A stretch of 63,941 nt of DNA, filler included, from Rhabdomonas costata (taxonomy: Eukaryota), in the NCBI GenBank assembly GCA_019059605.1. It is 56 parts of 56 records of this genome, joined end to end, with 100 filler letters (N's around TTAATTAATTAA, not from the genome) between each part and the next. Parts side by side here need not be neighbours in the genome. Positions count along the whole stretch, not along the records: positions 25,173 to 26,215 come from JAHMHO010031703.1; positions 26,316 to 27,359 come from JAHMHO010031704.1; positions 27,460 to 28,503 come from JAHMHO010031705.1; positions 28,604 to 29,647 come from JAHMHO010031706.1; positions 29,748 to 30,791 come from JAHMHO010031707.1; positions 30,892 to 31,935 come from JAHMHO010031708.1; positions 32,036 to 33,079 come from JAHMHO010031709.1; positions 33,180 to 34,222 come from JAHMHO010031710.1; 48 more parts are not named here. The stretch is one strand, 5' to 3'. A program made the translations under genes and the position numbers. Positions 25,841 to 38,399 of the stretch are shown piece after piece; position 1 is the stretch's first letter; every line of letters begins with the position of its first letter. Below the pieces are notes generated by a model. The model made no database searches. It was not told where the DNA came from and saw nothing but the letters and a program-made list of their open reading frames with translations.

Positions 25841-27459
25841 CTAAGCCCCCCGGAGGCAAAGTAAAAGTCACCGCGCAGTTCGAACACGAGGAAAAGGTCC
25901 TGACCTCAAAATTTCCGACATCACTTAAGCTATCACCGTTCTGAAAAATAACCATTACTAAACATTGCAATCGCCCACTCTGGACCATCCAAGACAGGCC
26001 GCAGGGGGAGACTGCGCTCACCTGTCCCTTTCTCGAAGACGTCCAAACCATGCGGGCGGCACCAAGGCCGACATCAAGGGGTACCCTTGCATTTGTTGTC
26101 CAAGGGGAAGCAGGCCCCCGGGTCTTTTCTGTGCTGAGTGGGCCTTCATCTTTCATCCCAATTGCCAATTTCCCAATTTCCCAAAGGCAGACGTACATAC
26201 CAGCTCAATCTCAGCNNNNNNNNNNNNNNNNNNNNNNNNNNNNNNNNNNNNNNNNNNNNTTAATTAATTAANNNNNNNNNNNNNNNNNNNNNNNNNNNNN
26301 NNNNNNNNNNNNNNNGGTGGGGTGGTGGTTAGTCGATGCTGTCGATAATGGAGATCGAAAAAATGATTACACTCAGTAATCTCCCCTCATCCTTTTGAAT
26401 ATCGAATCAGACAAATTATACTTCAAGTTCAAGAGAGACAAATCGACCAATTTACAACTGAGCGGTTGACAGTTGAAAAATGAGCTGTTCGTTGCATTTC
26501 GCTTCCGTTTTCAAAAGTGCAATGGAAAGAAGGAAATGTGCATCAATACCTTAGAGTATACCTAGTCCTGTCGCTAGTTCTAAACTATGAGGTCTGTCTG
26601 AAGTCGTGTCTGTTTGTGGGAGCCTTTTGCGGGTTCTTCACGTGTGTCGTGTGTAGCATTTTTTTTTCATTTTTTATCTCCCTGTACACGTCAGCAAATC
26701 ATCGGAAATCAGGCTCACTCTCCTCAAACGCAAACATGTAGACCTGACAGGTCTTCTAGTAAACAGTCATTCACATTTCTACCAGAATGACAAAACAGGC
26801 CTGAATTTCTTTTCTAACAAACACTGGCCGATCCTTGGGGCTCTGAACTGAGCCATCCCGCGCTCCCTTCTTGGCGCACGAACGCCCGTCTGGGGCCAGG
26901 CAATTAGCCCCAGCAAAATCAACAATTCTTTTCTATTTCAGTGCCAGCGATATCTCCGCAACGAAGTTACGGCCGGAAAGTGTGGTATTACCCGCCGAGC
27001 TGCCCCCGGAGGGGGGCCAACCGCCGGCGGGGGCAGCTCAAGGACGGCTTCAGCTGCTTCCAGGCACGTGCCTGGGCAAGCCGGCCTAAAAGCCGCTGCC
27101 CAGCCTGGTTCCACGCCCCCCTCAAACCAGAATTTCCACCAACCCTGCACTCCTCGCTGTACGTCGCGACCTTATCAACCTCGTGCCTCCACAGTTGCCC
27201 CGCTGTCACCGCCGCTGGCGCTGCTTGGGAAGCCTCGATTGAACAACAAAAGCGTCGAACACGTAGTAATGCCGGAGACCAAAGGCAGGAACACAAAAGC
27301 AGGGACCAAAGAACGCTACTTTTTTCGGCCAGTCAAACCCAACCCACACACACCCAACANNNNNNNNNNNNNNNNNNNNNNNNNNNNNNNNNNNNNNNNN
27401 NNNTTAATTAATTAANNNNNNNNNNNNNNNNNNNNNNNNNNNNNNNNNNNNNNNNNNNN

Positions 27460-28287
27460 GTTTTGTGTTTGCGTTATAATCAGTTATGGAATTAGAACCG
27501 TAAATATCAATATTAAATCCTAATCCATTTTGTAATGATGTTAAATTCCAATATAAACCAGTCAACAGAACAGCTGAATCATAATCAATATTATATCTGG
27601 CGTACTGATTAGACGTAAAAGTATCTGTTGCACCGTTACTATTTATAAAATAACTTGTTACAGTATATGTTCTCGATGTTCCATTAAATGATCCAATGGC
27701 CGAAGTTGGGCTTTTCAATGATTTATCTTCGAATATGACGTTTCCTTTGACGTCATCAACAAAATTAGTTACAACTGATGAATTTTGGGCATGAGTACCA
27801 ACTTGTAAAGATGTTGATGACTTACATTTTTGATTCATATAAACTTGAAAGTCTAATTGAACATGTGAATATTTACCAAATTTAAATGATCTACTTTTGA
27901 ATTAGCCCACAATGAACCATTATATACCAAAGATCCCTTTCCCTTTCAAAGATCCCTTTCGATGTTGTTGCACTTGAAATAGTACAATCAGATATCACTA
28001 CCAAGTTGAATATATGAATTTTTCCATGTTGAAGAAGAATAGTCATATTTTAACATTTGTTTCTCATGCACTGAAGACATACTAACAAATATGACTAACA
28101 AATATGTAAGAGCCGATAGTGTTGTACTTGTGCCTCCTCCACCACTTCCGGTTCCATTAGTCCATTTACCAGCACTGAAAACAAGAGATTGACCATCTGT
28201 TGGAGCAACTATTTGACAATCTTTAAGTTTTTGTAAATAAGTAATTGAATCTTCGCCACTAGAAACATTATCAGTAATAAACCCCAT
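27460..28287 (-). CDS. Viral fibre/structural-like gene, apparently disrupted (ORFs 28287-27988 and 27838-27460)
   Basis: Two copies of LxxLxD..I..P..GQ.L.(F/Y)....W.N (LQKLKDCQIVAPTDGQSLVFSAGKWTN; LSALT...QMLKYDYSSSTWKN) joined by a GSGGGG linker; AT-rich, intronless, N/T/S/Y-rich downstream part. Confidence 0.6.
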
Positions 28288-28330
28288 TTATATAATACAG
28301 TCATAAAAAATATCTGATTATAATATATAC

Positions 28331-28503
28331 ATGATCTCTTTATTCGTTTCAAACAGCGATTCAAGAAATGTTAGTAAAAATGGTTCACAGGTACAATTAA
28401 GTTTAAATCCACCTGTAGTATTAGATCCAGAGAAGAAATATTACTGTAGTTGTGTAGAGTGTGACATTGTGTACTGTTTCGCTAACATTTTTACTGGTAA
28501 AAA
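28331..28503 (+). CDS. N-terminus of Polinton/PLV/adintovirus-like minor capsid (penton) protein (partial)
   Basis: MISLFVSN...QVQLSLNPPVVLDPEKKYYCSCVECDIVYCFANI resembles the penton start motif PPIxL....Y...L....I.YS..NI. Confidence 0.65.
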
Positions 28504-30316
28504 NNNNNNNNNNNNNNNNNNNNNNNNNNNNNNNNNNNNNNNNNNNNTTAATTAATTAANNNNNNNNNNNNNNNNNNNNNNNNNNNNNNNNNNNNNNNNN
28601 NNNCCGACCGGATGGTTGAACTTTTTGTTCGGAAATGTAACGCGGAAATGTAAAACGGGTGGGGCTAACCAGTTGTGTGGGCAGATTCGGCCCTTTACAA
28701 ACTGCAGGGACGACAAACCCGAAAGCAACATTGATAGATGAAGCACATCGAGCCGCGACAATGAGAGATTTTGCTTTTTCAACAGCCCGTAGGTGTTGGA
28801 CCGTGCCGATTCGCGTGGCGGATTTGGCGAAAGGCTGAAACAGTTGATGCGACATTTGATTTGATTCCTTATCCAGGATTTGGGCAGGCAAAGAAAAACA
28901 ATAATAATACCACCAAACGTGACCGCATCAACAGGAGTTATAACGAATAATATTCGTCCTTCTTCGTCATACTTCAAAAAAAGGCGAGAAGGGTAATAAA
29001 TACGAAATATCAGTATACCAGGAAGCTGGAGGATGAGGAGGGGGGGGGGTGAGGAAAAGAAGGGCCATGGAAGGGGAGATGGCACATCCGCCCATCACTC
29101 TTACCAGGCCATTTTCAAAACATCGGGGAGCTATAGTCTGATACAGGCGGCGCATCACTACCGAGGCTGTACAGTGGTGGTGGTGGTGGTAGGTTAACTC
29201 TGTCAGCAGCCAGCCAGCTGCGGGTGACAGCCAATAAATCCCGAGGTGGTGCACGTCAAGCCAGTTCTCGGAGAGATGAAGTTCAGCGGGTAGAAAATAC
29301 CGCTGGGAGGCGAGCCTTCCCAGCACCCTGCGAGCACGACCATCCTATGTTCCATGGCCAACAATTCTTTTGGGTTTGCTCTTACCTCTTTTGCCTCAAC
29401 CACGAGTTCAGTAATTAGAGGCGAAGGTGAGCAAAGGTTTATCCCATGTGCTGAAAAACATAATTGCGAAAGCGAAGAGAACCTGTGCAGGGATTCACGT
29501 TGGGCTCTTGGTCGCATATGGTACAAAACCTGAGAAAAGAGCATTAGAAGAAACATGGCAACGCTTGAGTTTACCAAAGCAACCGAAGCAACCGAAGAAA
29601 CAAAAAAAACAGCTCAACAGTCACAGTACACACCCTCCACTGTCAGCNNNNNNNNNNNNNNNNNNNNNNNNNNNNNNNNNNNNNNNNNNNNTTAATTAAT
29701 TAANNNNNNNNNNNNNNNNNNNNNNNNNNNNNNNNNNNNNNNNNNNNCTGCATCCCAGAGACGGCGGGCTCCTGCAGCGCAACCAAACGCACGAGGCCAG
29801 GCAAACAACCTTATCCCCAAAACAACTGCCTTGGGGATGGACGTCAGACGAAAAGAAATCCGACGGAGACCACAATTCTGACGAGCGGTTCCGCTGGCTA
29901 CCCAAAACACGAAGAACCAAAACCTGTTCCTCAACCGCAACATCGTTGCACGCCCTGTGTCCACGGTCTCACCACGGTCTCAGCAGCAGTTTCCGAGCTC
30001 AAGAATTTCGAGAAGGGAGTTATGCCAATTAGCATTTTTCCAGCGCCATTCAGTGGATCAGGCTTTGTCGCCAAATCGCAGTTTGGCGCATTTTGGCGCA
30101 CCGCTGTTTCTGAAGCAACCTTCATCTCAACAAATATTGGTGATGTCCAGTGTTCAAAGTCCGGCGCACACAATCACAACCTGCTTCCCTTGCATCAGGT
30201 CTTGATCCTTCATACCCTAGCTTACCAAAGCTCTACCACCGGTTCACTGCAGCAAGTTTTTGCTTAAGTAAATGATGAGGCCTAAGTCCAGGAAGAAGCA
30301 TAAAAACACGCCGTAC

Positions 30317-30791
30317 CTTTTTCTGAAAACTCTTTACGATGATGCCGTACAGAGACGTTCCCAGCGCCGCAGTGAGGCCAAATGCCAGCCCAGCTGAGCT
30401 TAGCTCAGCATCCGCAATCGTTGCCAGGCCAATGCCCACAACCAGAAAGAAAAGCGAGATAATCACACCCAGAGAGTGTTCCGCACCCAAAACGACCTTC
30501 TCCAGAAAGCAGGTCATGGGAATGGTGGACAGTTTGGTGAGCTGATATGTTCCAACACAGTTCAGGTTTAGGTTGGCGTTCGCCGTGACGTTGGACAGGG
30601 CTGATAGCGCTGCTGCAAGGGTACACCACCGCAGCGACATCGTCGACGAGGAGTCCAGGACCCCGCAGTACGTACCCAGCTGTGCGACAAGAGCGATGTA
30701 GACCTGGTTCAGCACCGCAAGCATGGCAGGGAAACCGAAGGCAAAGCGCTCGAAGAGAAACTTGTTTGAAAGAATGACCCCAATGGAGCAC
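30317..30791 (-). CDS. Exon of triose-phosphate/nucleotide-sugar transporter family protein (SLC35E3/UXT-like)
   Basis: SIGVILSNKFLFERFAFGFP...NANLNLNCVGTYQLTKLSTIP...VVGIGLATIAD...SLYGIIVKSFQKK|gtacgg. Confidence 0.88.
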
Positions 30792-30891
30792 NNNNNNNNN
30801 NNNNNNNNNNNNNNNNNNNNNNNNNNNNNNNNNNNTTAATTAATTAANNNNNNNNNNNNNNNNNNNNNNNNNNNNNNNNNNNNNNNNNNNN

Positions 30892-31935
30892 ATTCTGGAG
30901 ACTCCTACGAGGCCAGGAAGGGACCCTGCAGCGTGGTGGACTTTGGAGGGGGGTGGAACCCTTCCCGTGCCGATATCTGTGCGAAAATGCGAGGAGGTAG
31001 TCCTGCATACATGACGGGTACAGAAAACGCAGGTGTTTATGGTTTGTGACCGGGGTGGGAATCACAAACCCCTTCCTCTGGGAAGCTAAAGAACAGGTCC
31101 ATTTGGGTTAAATCATCAAGTAGACCTGCCTTTGGAAACGACGCATCGAAGACGTATTGAAAGAGCAATCTGTGAAGCATGACAAAGATCATCGGAGGCC
31201 TGCCAGTGCAACCTACGACCACAAAGTACCAGGGTCTGAAGCTGGCTAAAAGTGTGCTCGCAAAGAACAGCTCAGGGGGGGGGTGTTCGAAAAGTAGGAC
31301 ACTGACCCGGGTGCAGACTTGTGTTGCCCCATGCGTAAGACATGTCATTCTGAAAACTTTTGGTTTATTGGGTGCTGGGTCAGGCTACTGTGTCACCTCT
31401 GGCTCAGTCACTACGCCCCCAGGAAGCAGTAGCCAGAAGGGATTGCGAAGAGAAGCTCGAAAGACCCAAGGGTCTTTCGAGGGTCTTATCTTTTCTCATC
31501 TTTTGGACAGGGATCTTTTGGAAAGGGACGACCTGCAACATACCGCCATCGAGGGCACCCCTGCTGTCGGCTTTGCCTCCACGGTGACCACCAAGTGCTG
31601 CACGTTCAGGTCGCCGCACCGGAAAACCCACCCAAGGGCTTTTCGTACCAGAGGTGAATCGTTCTCCTCGGTCTGCTGAGTTGGGTTGAGGGCGAGCTCC
31701 TCTTGCATGGTCTCACTACCCCCGACCATCACCCGAAGAACGATTGCAGGCTTATCTTCAGGAACAGGGGAGGGAGGTTGCGAGCATTGGTGGGCCATCC
31801 GAAGCTCCATTCTGGAGACTCCTACGAGGCCAGGAAGGGACCCTGCAGCGTGGTGGACTTTGGAGGGGGGTGGAACCCTTCCCGTGCCGATATCTGTGCG
31901 AAAATGCGAGGAGGTAGTCCTGCATACATGACGGG
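30892..31935. repeat. Contig with exact 127-bp terminal direct repeat (30892-31018 = 31809-31935): 917-bp circular or tandem unit
   Basis: Direct sequence identity; 127 is a usual de Bruijn k-mer overlap. Confidence 0.92.
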
Positions 31936-32477
31936 NNNNNNNNNNNNNNNNNNNNNNNNNNNNNNNNNNNNNNNNNNNNTTAATTAATTAANNNNNNNNN
32001 NNNNNNNNNNNNNNNNNNNNNNNNNNNNNNNNNNNGCAGTCCTTACCAGAGTCCGCCTGCAGCGGCAGGGGTTGCACCACGGATGCGTCCACGGCCCGGT
32101 CCACCACGCGGTCAAACCCGAGGATGAGAAAGTCCACTGGCAGCTGCCTGGACTGATCAACGCCTTGTTCCAGAAAGCCGGTGAAGCCCGCCGCTTCGGC
32201 AACGTGCACCATGGCGTCCACCGGGCCCGTGTGTCGCGCGTACCGGCCCAGTGCTGCTTCTAGTCTCTACCTGATTCTGATTCATCAACCGCCAGGCCGC
32301 GGCCAACTGCACCAACAATTCTCCCGCCCCAACGGGCTCTCTGGGCGCTGGACCCACCGGTGGAACCGGCAGGACCGTTGCCATCTCTTGGACTAGACCG
32401 GTGCCCCTTCTGTGGGGCTGGCTCGGTCCCGTCTCGGTCATTCTTTTCTCAAACAAACAAATTCAAACTTTCCCTTC

Positions 32478-32905
32478 GACCACGTGTCACAACAAACCAA
32501 ACTGTCCCCACTTCTAAATGAAACCTCTGTTACCAACTGTCACGAAGTGCCAATTGACACCTCTTCTCAAATGCTGCCATCTTTCTGCCACACAAGTTAT
32601 TGGTTTTTTTTGCTACCACGTGTCACGTGTTGCGCACTGGAACTTTATCAACCATCTGCTTCAACCTGTCACGAAGTGCTACTTCGCTGCGTTCCCCCGC
32701 ACTGGTGAAGGAAACAAGCCACTGCTACCACGTGTCACGAAGTGATACGTGGTACCTCTTCTCAGAGTAACGCTCCTTCCGCACAGGCTCCTTAACTTTT
32801 CCTCTGCTACCACCTGTCACGAAGTGCAGGTGGTACTTCTTCTCAGAACACCGTTCTTCCGCACAGGATCTCCTTAACTCTAATCCTCTGCTACCACCTG
32901 TCAGA
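32478..32905 (+). repeat. Array of about 7 copies of CTGCTACCAC(G/C)TGTCACGAAGTG core with variable spacing
   Basis: Copies near 32478, 32527, 32611, 32656, 32722, 32804, 32888. Confidence 0.85.
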
Positions 32906-35472
32906 CGGCACGGCGGGCTCCGACCAATTACGTGGCTCTTACGACTTCCCCCCGTAGCCCACTCGATCCGCTCCCCTCCGTGGTCCCTCCCGACAAAGCT
33001 TTCGCTTTGTGAGCGCTGTCAACTCACCTAGGTGAGGAGACTTTCTTTCCCCCGGGTTGGCCTCGCCTTCGCCGAGGGCNNNNNNNNNNNNNNNNNNNNN
33101 NNNNNNNNNNNNNNNNNNNNNNNTTAATTAATTAANNNNNNNNNNNNNNNNNNNNNNNNNNNNNNNNNNNNNNNNNNNNGTGGTGGGTGGTGACATTACC
33201 TGTTGTGGGCAGAAGTTAGAGTGCACACGGATAACTCAGCATTGAGTTATATGCAGAAGAACCCACGACCGTCTCCAAGACAAGTTAGATGGCTAGAAAA
33301 GTTGCATAGATATACGCTGAAGATTTCTCATGTTCCATGTCTTGCCATTTCCCGAACTATCCTATCTTAGATTTTGCGCTCAGGGTTTCCGCTGAGGAAA
33401 GACGACGCCATGGTACGTAGAAAGATCGTTTTTTATAGGAAATGATAAAAAAAGAGACATCCTGTTGGGCCAGACAGATTTTCGTAGTAGCGTAGAAGCT
33501 AGGTTCGGTGTTGGGAAAGAGATCAGTCGATATTAAAGGTGTTCAAGAAATTACTCAATCACGGCTGTGTCGTTAGAAAAGCGAGGGAGAAGCAGGCAGT
33601 TCATAAGGACAGCTTTTGGGAGAAGGAAGTGGTGAAGATCAAAGGCCAGTGGAGAAGCGAGTTTGAAAAGCAGGTTTCTCAAAGGAGAGGTTTCAGAAGT
33701 AGAGGTTTGGGAGCAGAGGCGGAAGAGAGAGAGAGAGAGCTGAAGCTTTGAGCGGTGGGCAGGGAGCGGAAGCGGTCGAAAACAAGAAGGAAAAGGCGCA
33801 GGACGGGAAGGAGGACGGTGCTGAGGAGAGTCGTTCCGGAGGAAGACGTTGAGGAGGACAAGGCCACAGAGCTGAGATCACGACGGGTTGGCCGCGCAGG
33901 TTTGGAGAAGTTGAGCGAAAAGGCCGTGGAAAGCAGCCACGGGAGGATAGGAAGGGTGATGCAAAGTGCAGCAGGCGGCGGGTTGAGGCAGCAAGACCAC
34001 GTCCAGCTGCTCCAGTTGAGAAGAACATCTTGGAAAAGCGCGGTGGGACCCCGGTGCTGGAGGGCAATCAGACGAGAAGAAGCAGAGATGGGCGAAAAGC
34101 TGAAGAAGAACAACCCCGCGAGAGAGGAGAGGCACCCCGAAGCCGAGATCAGCGCAGAGGAAATGAAGGCAGGGCAAAGAGAAAAGAGAAGAGCAGCCCG
34201 ATCCAATCAGGAAGACAAAAAANNNNNNNNNNNNNNNNNNNNNNNNNNNNNNNNNNNNNNNNNNNNTTAATTAATTAANNNNNNNNNNNNNNNNNNNNNN
34301 NNNNNNNNNNNNNNNNNNNNNNGTTGTGGGGGTAAAAAGACCATGCCGCAGAAGAGGCCAGGAGAAAGTGTTTCTGTAGAGGGGGCGGAAAAGCAATTCC
34401 TTTGCAAAGACACCCTGCTCAACGGGAACACCAACACACACAGAGAGAGTCACCAACACACATTATCAACCCTAACACACCTAACTCCAACAGTATTCCA
34501 GAGCTCATACACTGCCAGCCCACACGGACACGCACATTTCTGCCTAGGCATACCCTGCAAGCCAGAAAACTCACGCCCGCAAGTTGGGCACGTGCACACG
34601 CAAGAGGATGGCTGTGCCATCCCTCTGTTGTCGCCATGGTGGTGCTGCTGCTGTTGCGGCAGGAAGGCTGGCACCTGGGTGTGACCAGGGGCGGGGTAGG
34701 GCTGCGGCGGGAACGCCGCCGGGCGAGGCTCACTGCCCTCCATCGTCCCCAGCGCTATCGTGGGACCTGTTGGAGAAAGGGCATGGGTCCCTTGTAGGTT
34801 GTAGGTGGGGGCTCTTGTCAGCCACTTTCAATTTCCTACGCACAACACCACGGCTCTTATTCCCTCTTAATCCAATTGGCTGCCATTTGGTAATATATCG
34901 CCGGACATTTTTATTTCACGAACCATGCACTCTGTCATGGCAGTGCCAATACGCCAACATTCTTCCACTTAATATCGATTTGATGGGTATAAAACTTGAG
35001 CACTTTTCTATATTATATAATGTCATCCAATGAGTACTAGGGCGGTGTTTCGGAACTTGTGGGGATTTTGGAATCCTTTGATTCTGGACAGAGTAGTGCC
35101 CGAATGAACGCGACACCAGCCTTTGAGGCAACATGTGGAACACCCTCAGAAAAACCATAGCAGCAGAAAAGAACAGAAGGTAAAGACCGAACAAACAATC
35201 AATGAAAATGAATGATGCCCGATCCATTGCTTTACCAAGAGCCACTGTATATCTCCGTGGCTCCCAGCACACGCACTGAACGAGCGAGCGAGCGAGCGAG
35301 CGAAAGAGGGAGGGAGGGAGATGAGCGGAACTGTAGAGGAGACCGTGCAGTGCAAGCAGCTCCCGGNNNNNNNNNNNNNNNNNNNNNNNNNNNNNNNNNN
35401 NNNNNNNNNNTTAATTAATTAANNNNNNNNNNNNNNNNNNNNNNNNNNNNNNNNNNNNNNNNNNNNGGGGTT

Positions 35473-36147
35473 GTGAGTGACAATTGGATCGGAGATGAGG
35501 GCATGCAAGCGTTTGCAGCTTCGTGTTTCTTTCCCAACCTTGCCACCGTGTATTTGACCCGCAATTTTTTCATCGATGAGGGAATTCAAGCACTTGCAGC
35601 TTCCCGTTTCTTCCCCAACCTACTTTCCTTGAACGTGGGCAAGAATTGCATCGGTGATGCGGACATGCTAGCACTTGCGGCCTGCTCGTTCTTCCCCAAA
35701 CTTGCCTCCTTGGATGTGAGCTATGGTCATATTGGAGATGCGGGCATGCAAGCCTTTGCAGCTTCTTCTTTCTTCCCGGTGCTCAGCTCCTTGAATATTC
35801 GCAACAGTGAAATCGGCGATGCGGGAATACAAGCACTTGCGGCCTCTCCCTTCTTCCCCGAGCTTATCTCCTTGAACGTGGGTAAAAATCACATCGGTGA
35901 TGCGGGTATGCAAGCCTTTGCAACTTCGTCTTTTTTTCCCAAGCTTGCCTCCTTGAATGTCCGTGGCAATCGGATCTGCGATGCAGGAATACAAGCACTT
36001 GCGTCCTCCTCTTACTTCCCTATGCTTACCTCCTTGAAAATGGGCAACAATAACATCGGCGATGTGGGAAGGCAAGCACTTGCGTCTTCTACCTTCTTCC
36101 GCGTCGCGTATGTCTGGCAAGAGCACCTTCTCCAGATTCTTCAGTGA
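35473..36147 (+). CDS. RNI-like leucine-rich repeat protein, C-terminal part; eight 26-aa (78-bp) repeats
   Basis: Repeating N.IGDAG(M/I)QA(L/F)AAS.FFP.L.SLNV; no introns over 675 nt. Confidence 0.9.
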   Translation: MSDNWIGDEGMQAFAASCFFPNLATVYLTRNFFIDEGIQALAASRFFPNLLSLNVGKNCIGDADMLALAACSFFPKLASLDVSYGHIGDAGMQAFAASSFFPVLSSLNIRNSEIGDAGIQALAASPFFPELISLNVGKNHIGDAGMQAFATSSFFPKLASLNVRGNRICDAGIQALASSSYFPMLTSLKMGNNNIGDVGRQALASSTFFRVAYVWQEHLLQILQ

Positions 36148-38399
36148 GTTGGGGCAGATCATTGGCCTAGGTACCTTTTTCGCCTTGCCAAAGTGATGCT
36201 CTTGCTGCTCTTGCGTGTGCATATCGTTTTCGCGCACCGAAGTGCCCATTGCTGGTAAGGAGTTTCTTTTGAAAGGAAATCTCCGTTGCGAGATTGTGAG
36301 ATTTGTAATCGGAGCAAGAATGAAAACAAAGCAAACAAAAAATCTGTTAGAGTGTGAAAGGGTCCTTCCTTGAAGCCCACAACCTTCATCATGCTGGCAA
36401 TGGGGACCACGAGCACCGACGTTCCGAAAGCGCAGGCGGCAGGTCAATTTGAAATACCGTTTCGTCCGTGAGTGCTCCGTTTGTCTGCGCATTTTTTTTA
36501 CAACCACCCCNNNNNNNNNNNNNNNNNNNNNNNNNNNNNNNNNNNNNNNNNNNNTTAATTAATTAANNNNNNNNNNNNNNNNNNNNNNNNNNNNNNNNNN
36601 NNNNNNNNNNCAGATGAAAGACCTAGTGATGGATGCTAGGCTATGGCGTAAACCAGCCTCATGATGAGGTAAGCGCACGATAACCGGTGGAACGGTAAGG
36701 GTATGCGTAGTGGTACGTATATCTGCACGTAGTACACACAAGTCGTGATGCTGAACCCGATCATGGTGCCTGGGGTGAGCTTGTTGGGTAACCATGACAA
36801 GTGGCAATGCCTGTGAGCCCCAGAGAGTCTGGCGCCTTATCACCGTCTCACACGAGGCTGGGTGCGGATTCAACCCTTACAGTACAACCATGCGTAGGGG
36901 CATCGGTATAACCCAGGTTGAGGAACCCACGTGCAGTAGTAGTGGCAATGGGGGTAGTGGTCATAGCGGTCATACCCACTGGAGGACTGGAGGGAACACC
37001 ACCACAGCAGATGGTCCCGTACCCCAGATGGAACTGTGTGCTATGTCACACCAGTACACAACCCTATGCTATGGTTGTACTGGTATCCATAGAGGTACAC
37101 ACATAGGAGTAGAGGGAGTGGTAGGGTGATTGGATGACCACTGCAGAGGATGCCACCACCCCAGAAGGGAGGTTGAGCGTACCCATAAGCAGTGATGTCA
37201 CCACCCGCTGGATGTACCGACGGATGCTGCAGAGTATGACCGCACCAAGCACCAACACCCATTCCCAACCTCAGGGGAGTGATGCGTAGTGGAGGGCGCC
37301 GAGCCCGACCCTAACACACACCCTGATGTTGATGTTGGATGGAGTGACGGCTGCTTGAGGCCAAGAGTGACAGGATGGGCTGATGCTCCTCCCTGTACAC
37401 CCTCCCCACAGAGAGGAAGATGCCATGATGGGGATGGCCATGATGGACCTCCTGCTGTTAGGCTGAGGAGTGACAGCGTGACAGAGACGCAATCCACCCA
37501 CCTGACAACACTCCACTCAGGCTAACCAGTGAGAGATGCCACGCAGAGTGACGATGCATGAATGCCGACTCTGACGCTGGAACCACTGGCATGACCACCA
37601 CTCCCACTCTGAGGGGCTGATGGATGCATAAGGAACAACCAGATGCATTCGGAGNNNNNNNNNNNNNNNNNNNNNNNNNNNNNNNNNNNNNNNNNNNNTT
37701 AATTAATTAANNNNNNNNNNNNNNNNNNNNNNNNNNNNNNNNNNNNNNNNNNNNTGTTGTTTTTGTTCGCATTTCTACCGGTTGAATTCTGTTTTTAAGG
37801 CAACAAATAGGAGCGTAAAAACGTTTGACTATCGGCTCCGCTAATTGGTCAAGAGGATAATGCAGGATCAAAACGTATCAAAACGTCTTGCAACGTAACA
37901 AGTTTTGCGTGAGTGCTTTCCAACCGCTATAAATGCGCGTACTTTATTGGGTTTTGTTCTTTGATGTTACTTGTGTTCACATTGCCTTAAATTAGCAAAG
38001 GTGTGGCATACGTATGATGCCGGATGCTATCAAGTCAGAAAGTGCACATTTGGACACTTGGACAGATGTCCACCATGACCACCACCACCGCTCAAATTAG
38101 CAAAGAGTTTCCCGTAGAGGTTTGTTTATTTGAACGCAAGCCTAACTATAACACCATAACACCACTACAGCGCACCTCCTGCGCACCAGGGACTGAGCCG
38201 TGGCAGCACAGCCAGAGGCTTGCGGTCAGGAGAAGGCCCATATCCACATATGGACGTGATGTGGAAGAAAGGAGACGTTGTGACACAAGAAGCAGGGATG
38301 GGGGATGAAATGGACCATCATGTATGGGAGACTTCAGAAACATGTGTGGAGTAGCATGTGGGTGGCACAGTGAGTGAATTATGGAGATGACTGGTCCAC

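Noticed and set aside
32478-32905. CRISPR array
   Set aside because: Repeats are degenerate, spacing is irregular, several spacers are homologous to each other, no cas gene, eukaryotic context
35668-36507. 279-aa minus-strand ORF
   Set aside because: Largely the antisense shadow of the LRR gene
36611-37654. TG/CA-rich contig as a specific retroelement domain
   Set aside because: Looks like decayed repetitive DNA, but I could not recognise RT, RNase H or endonuclease motifs in the frames I read
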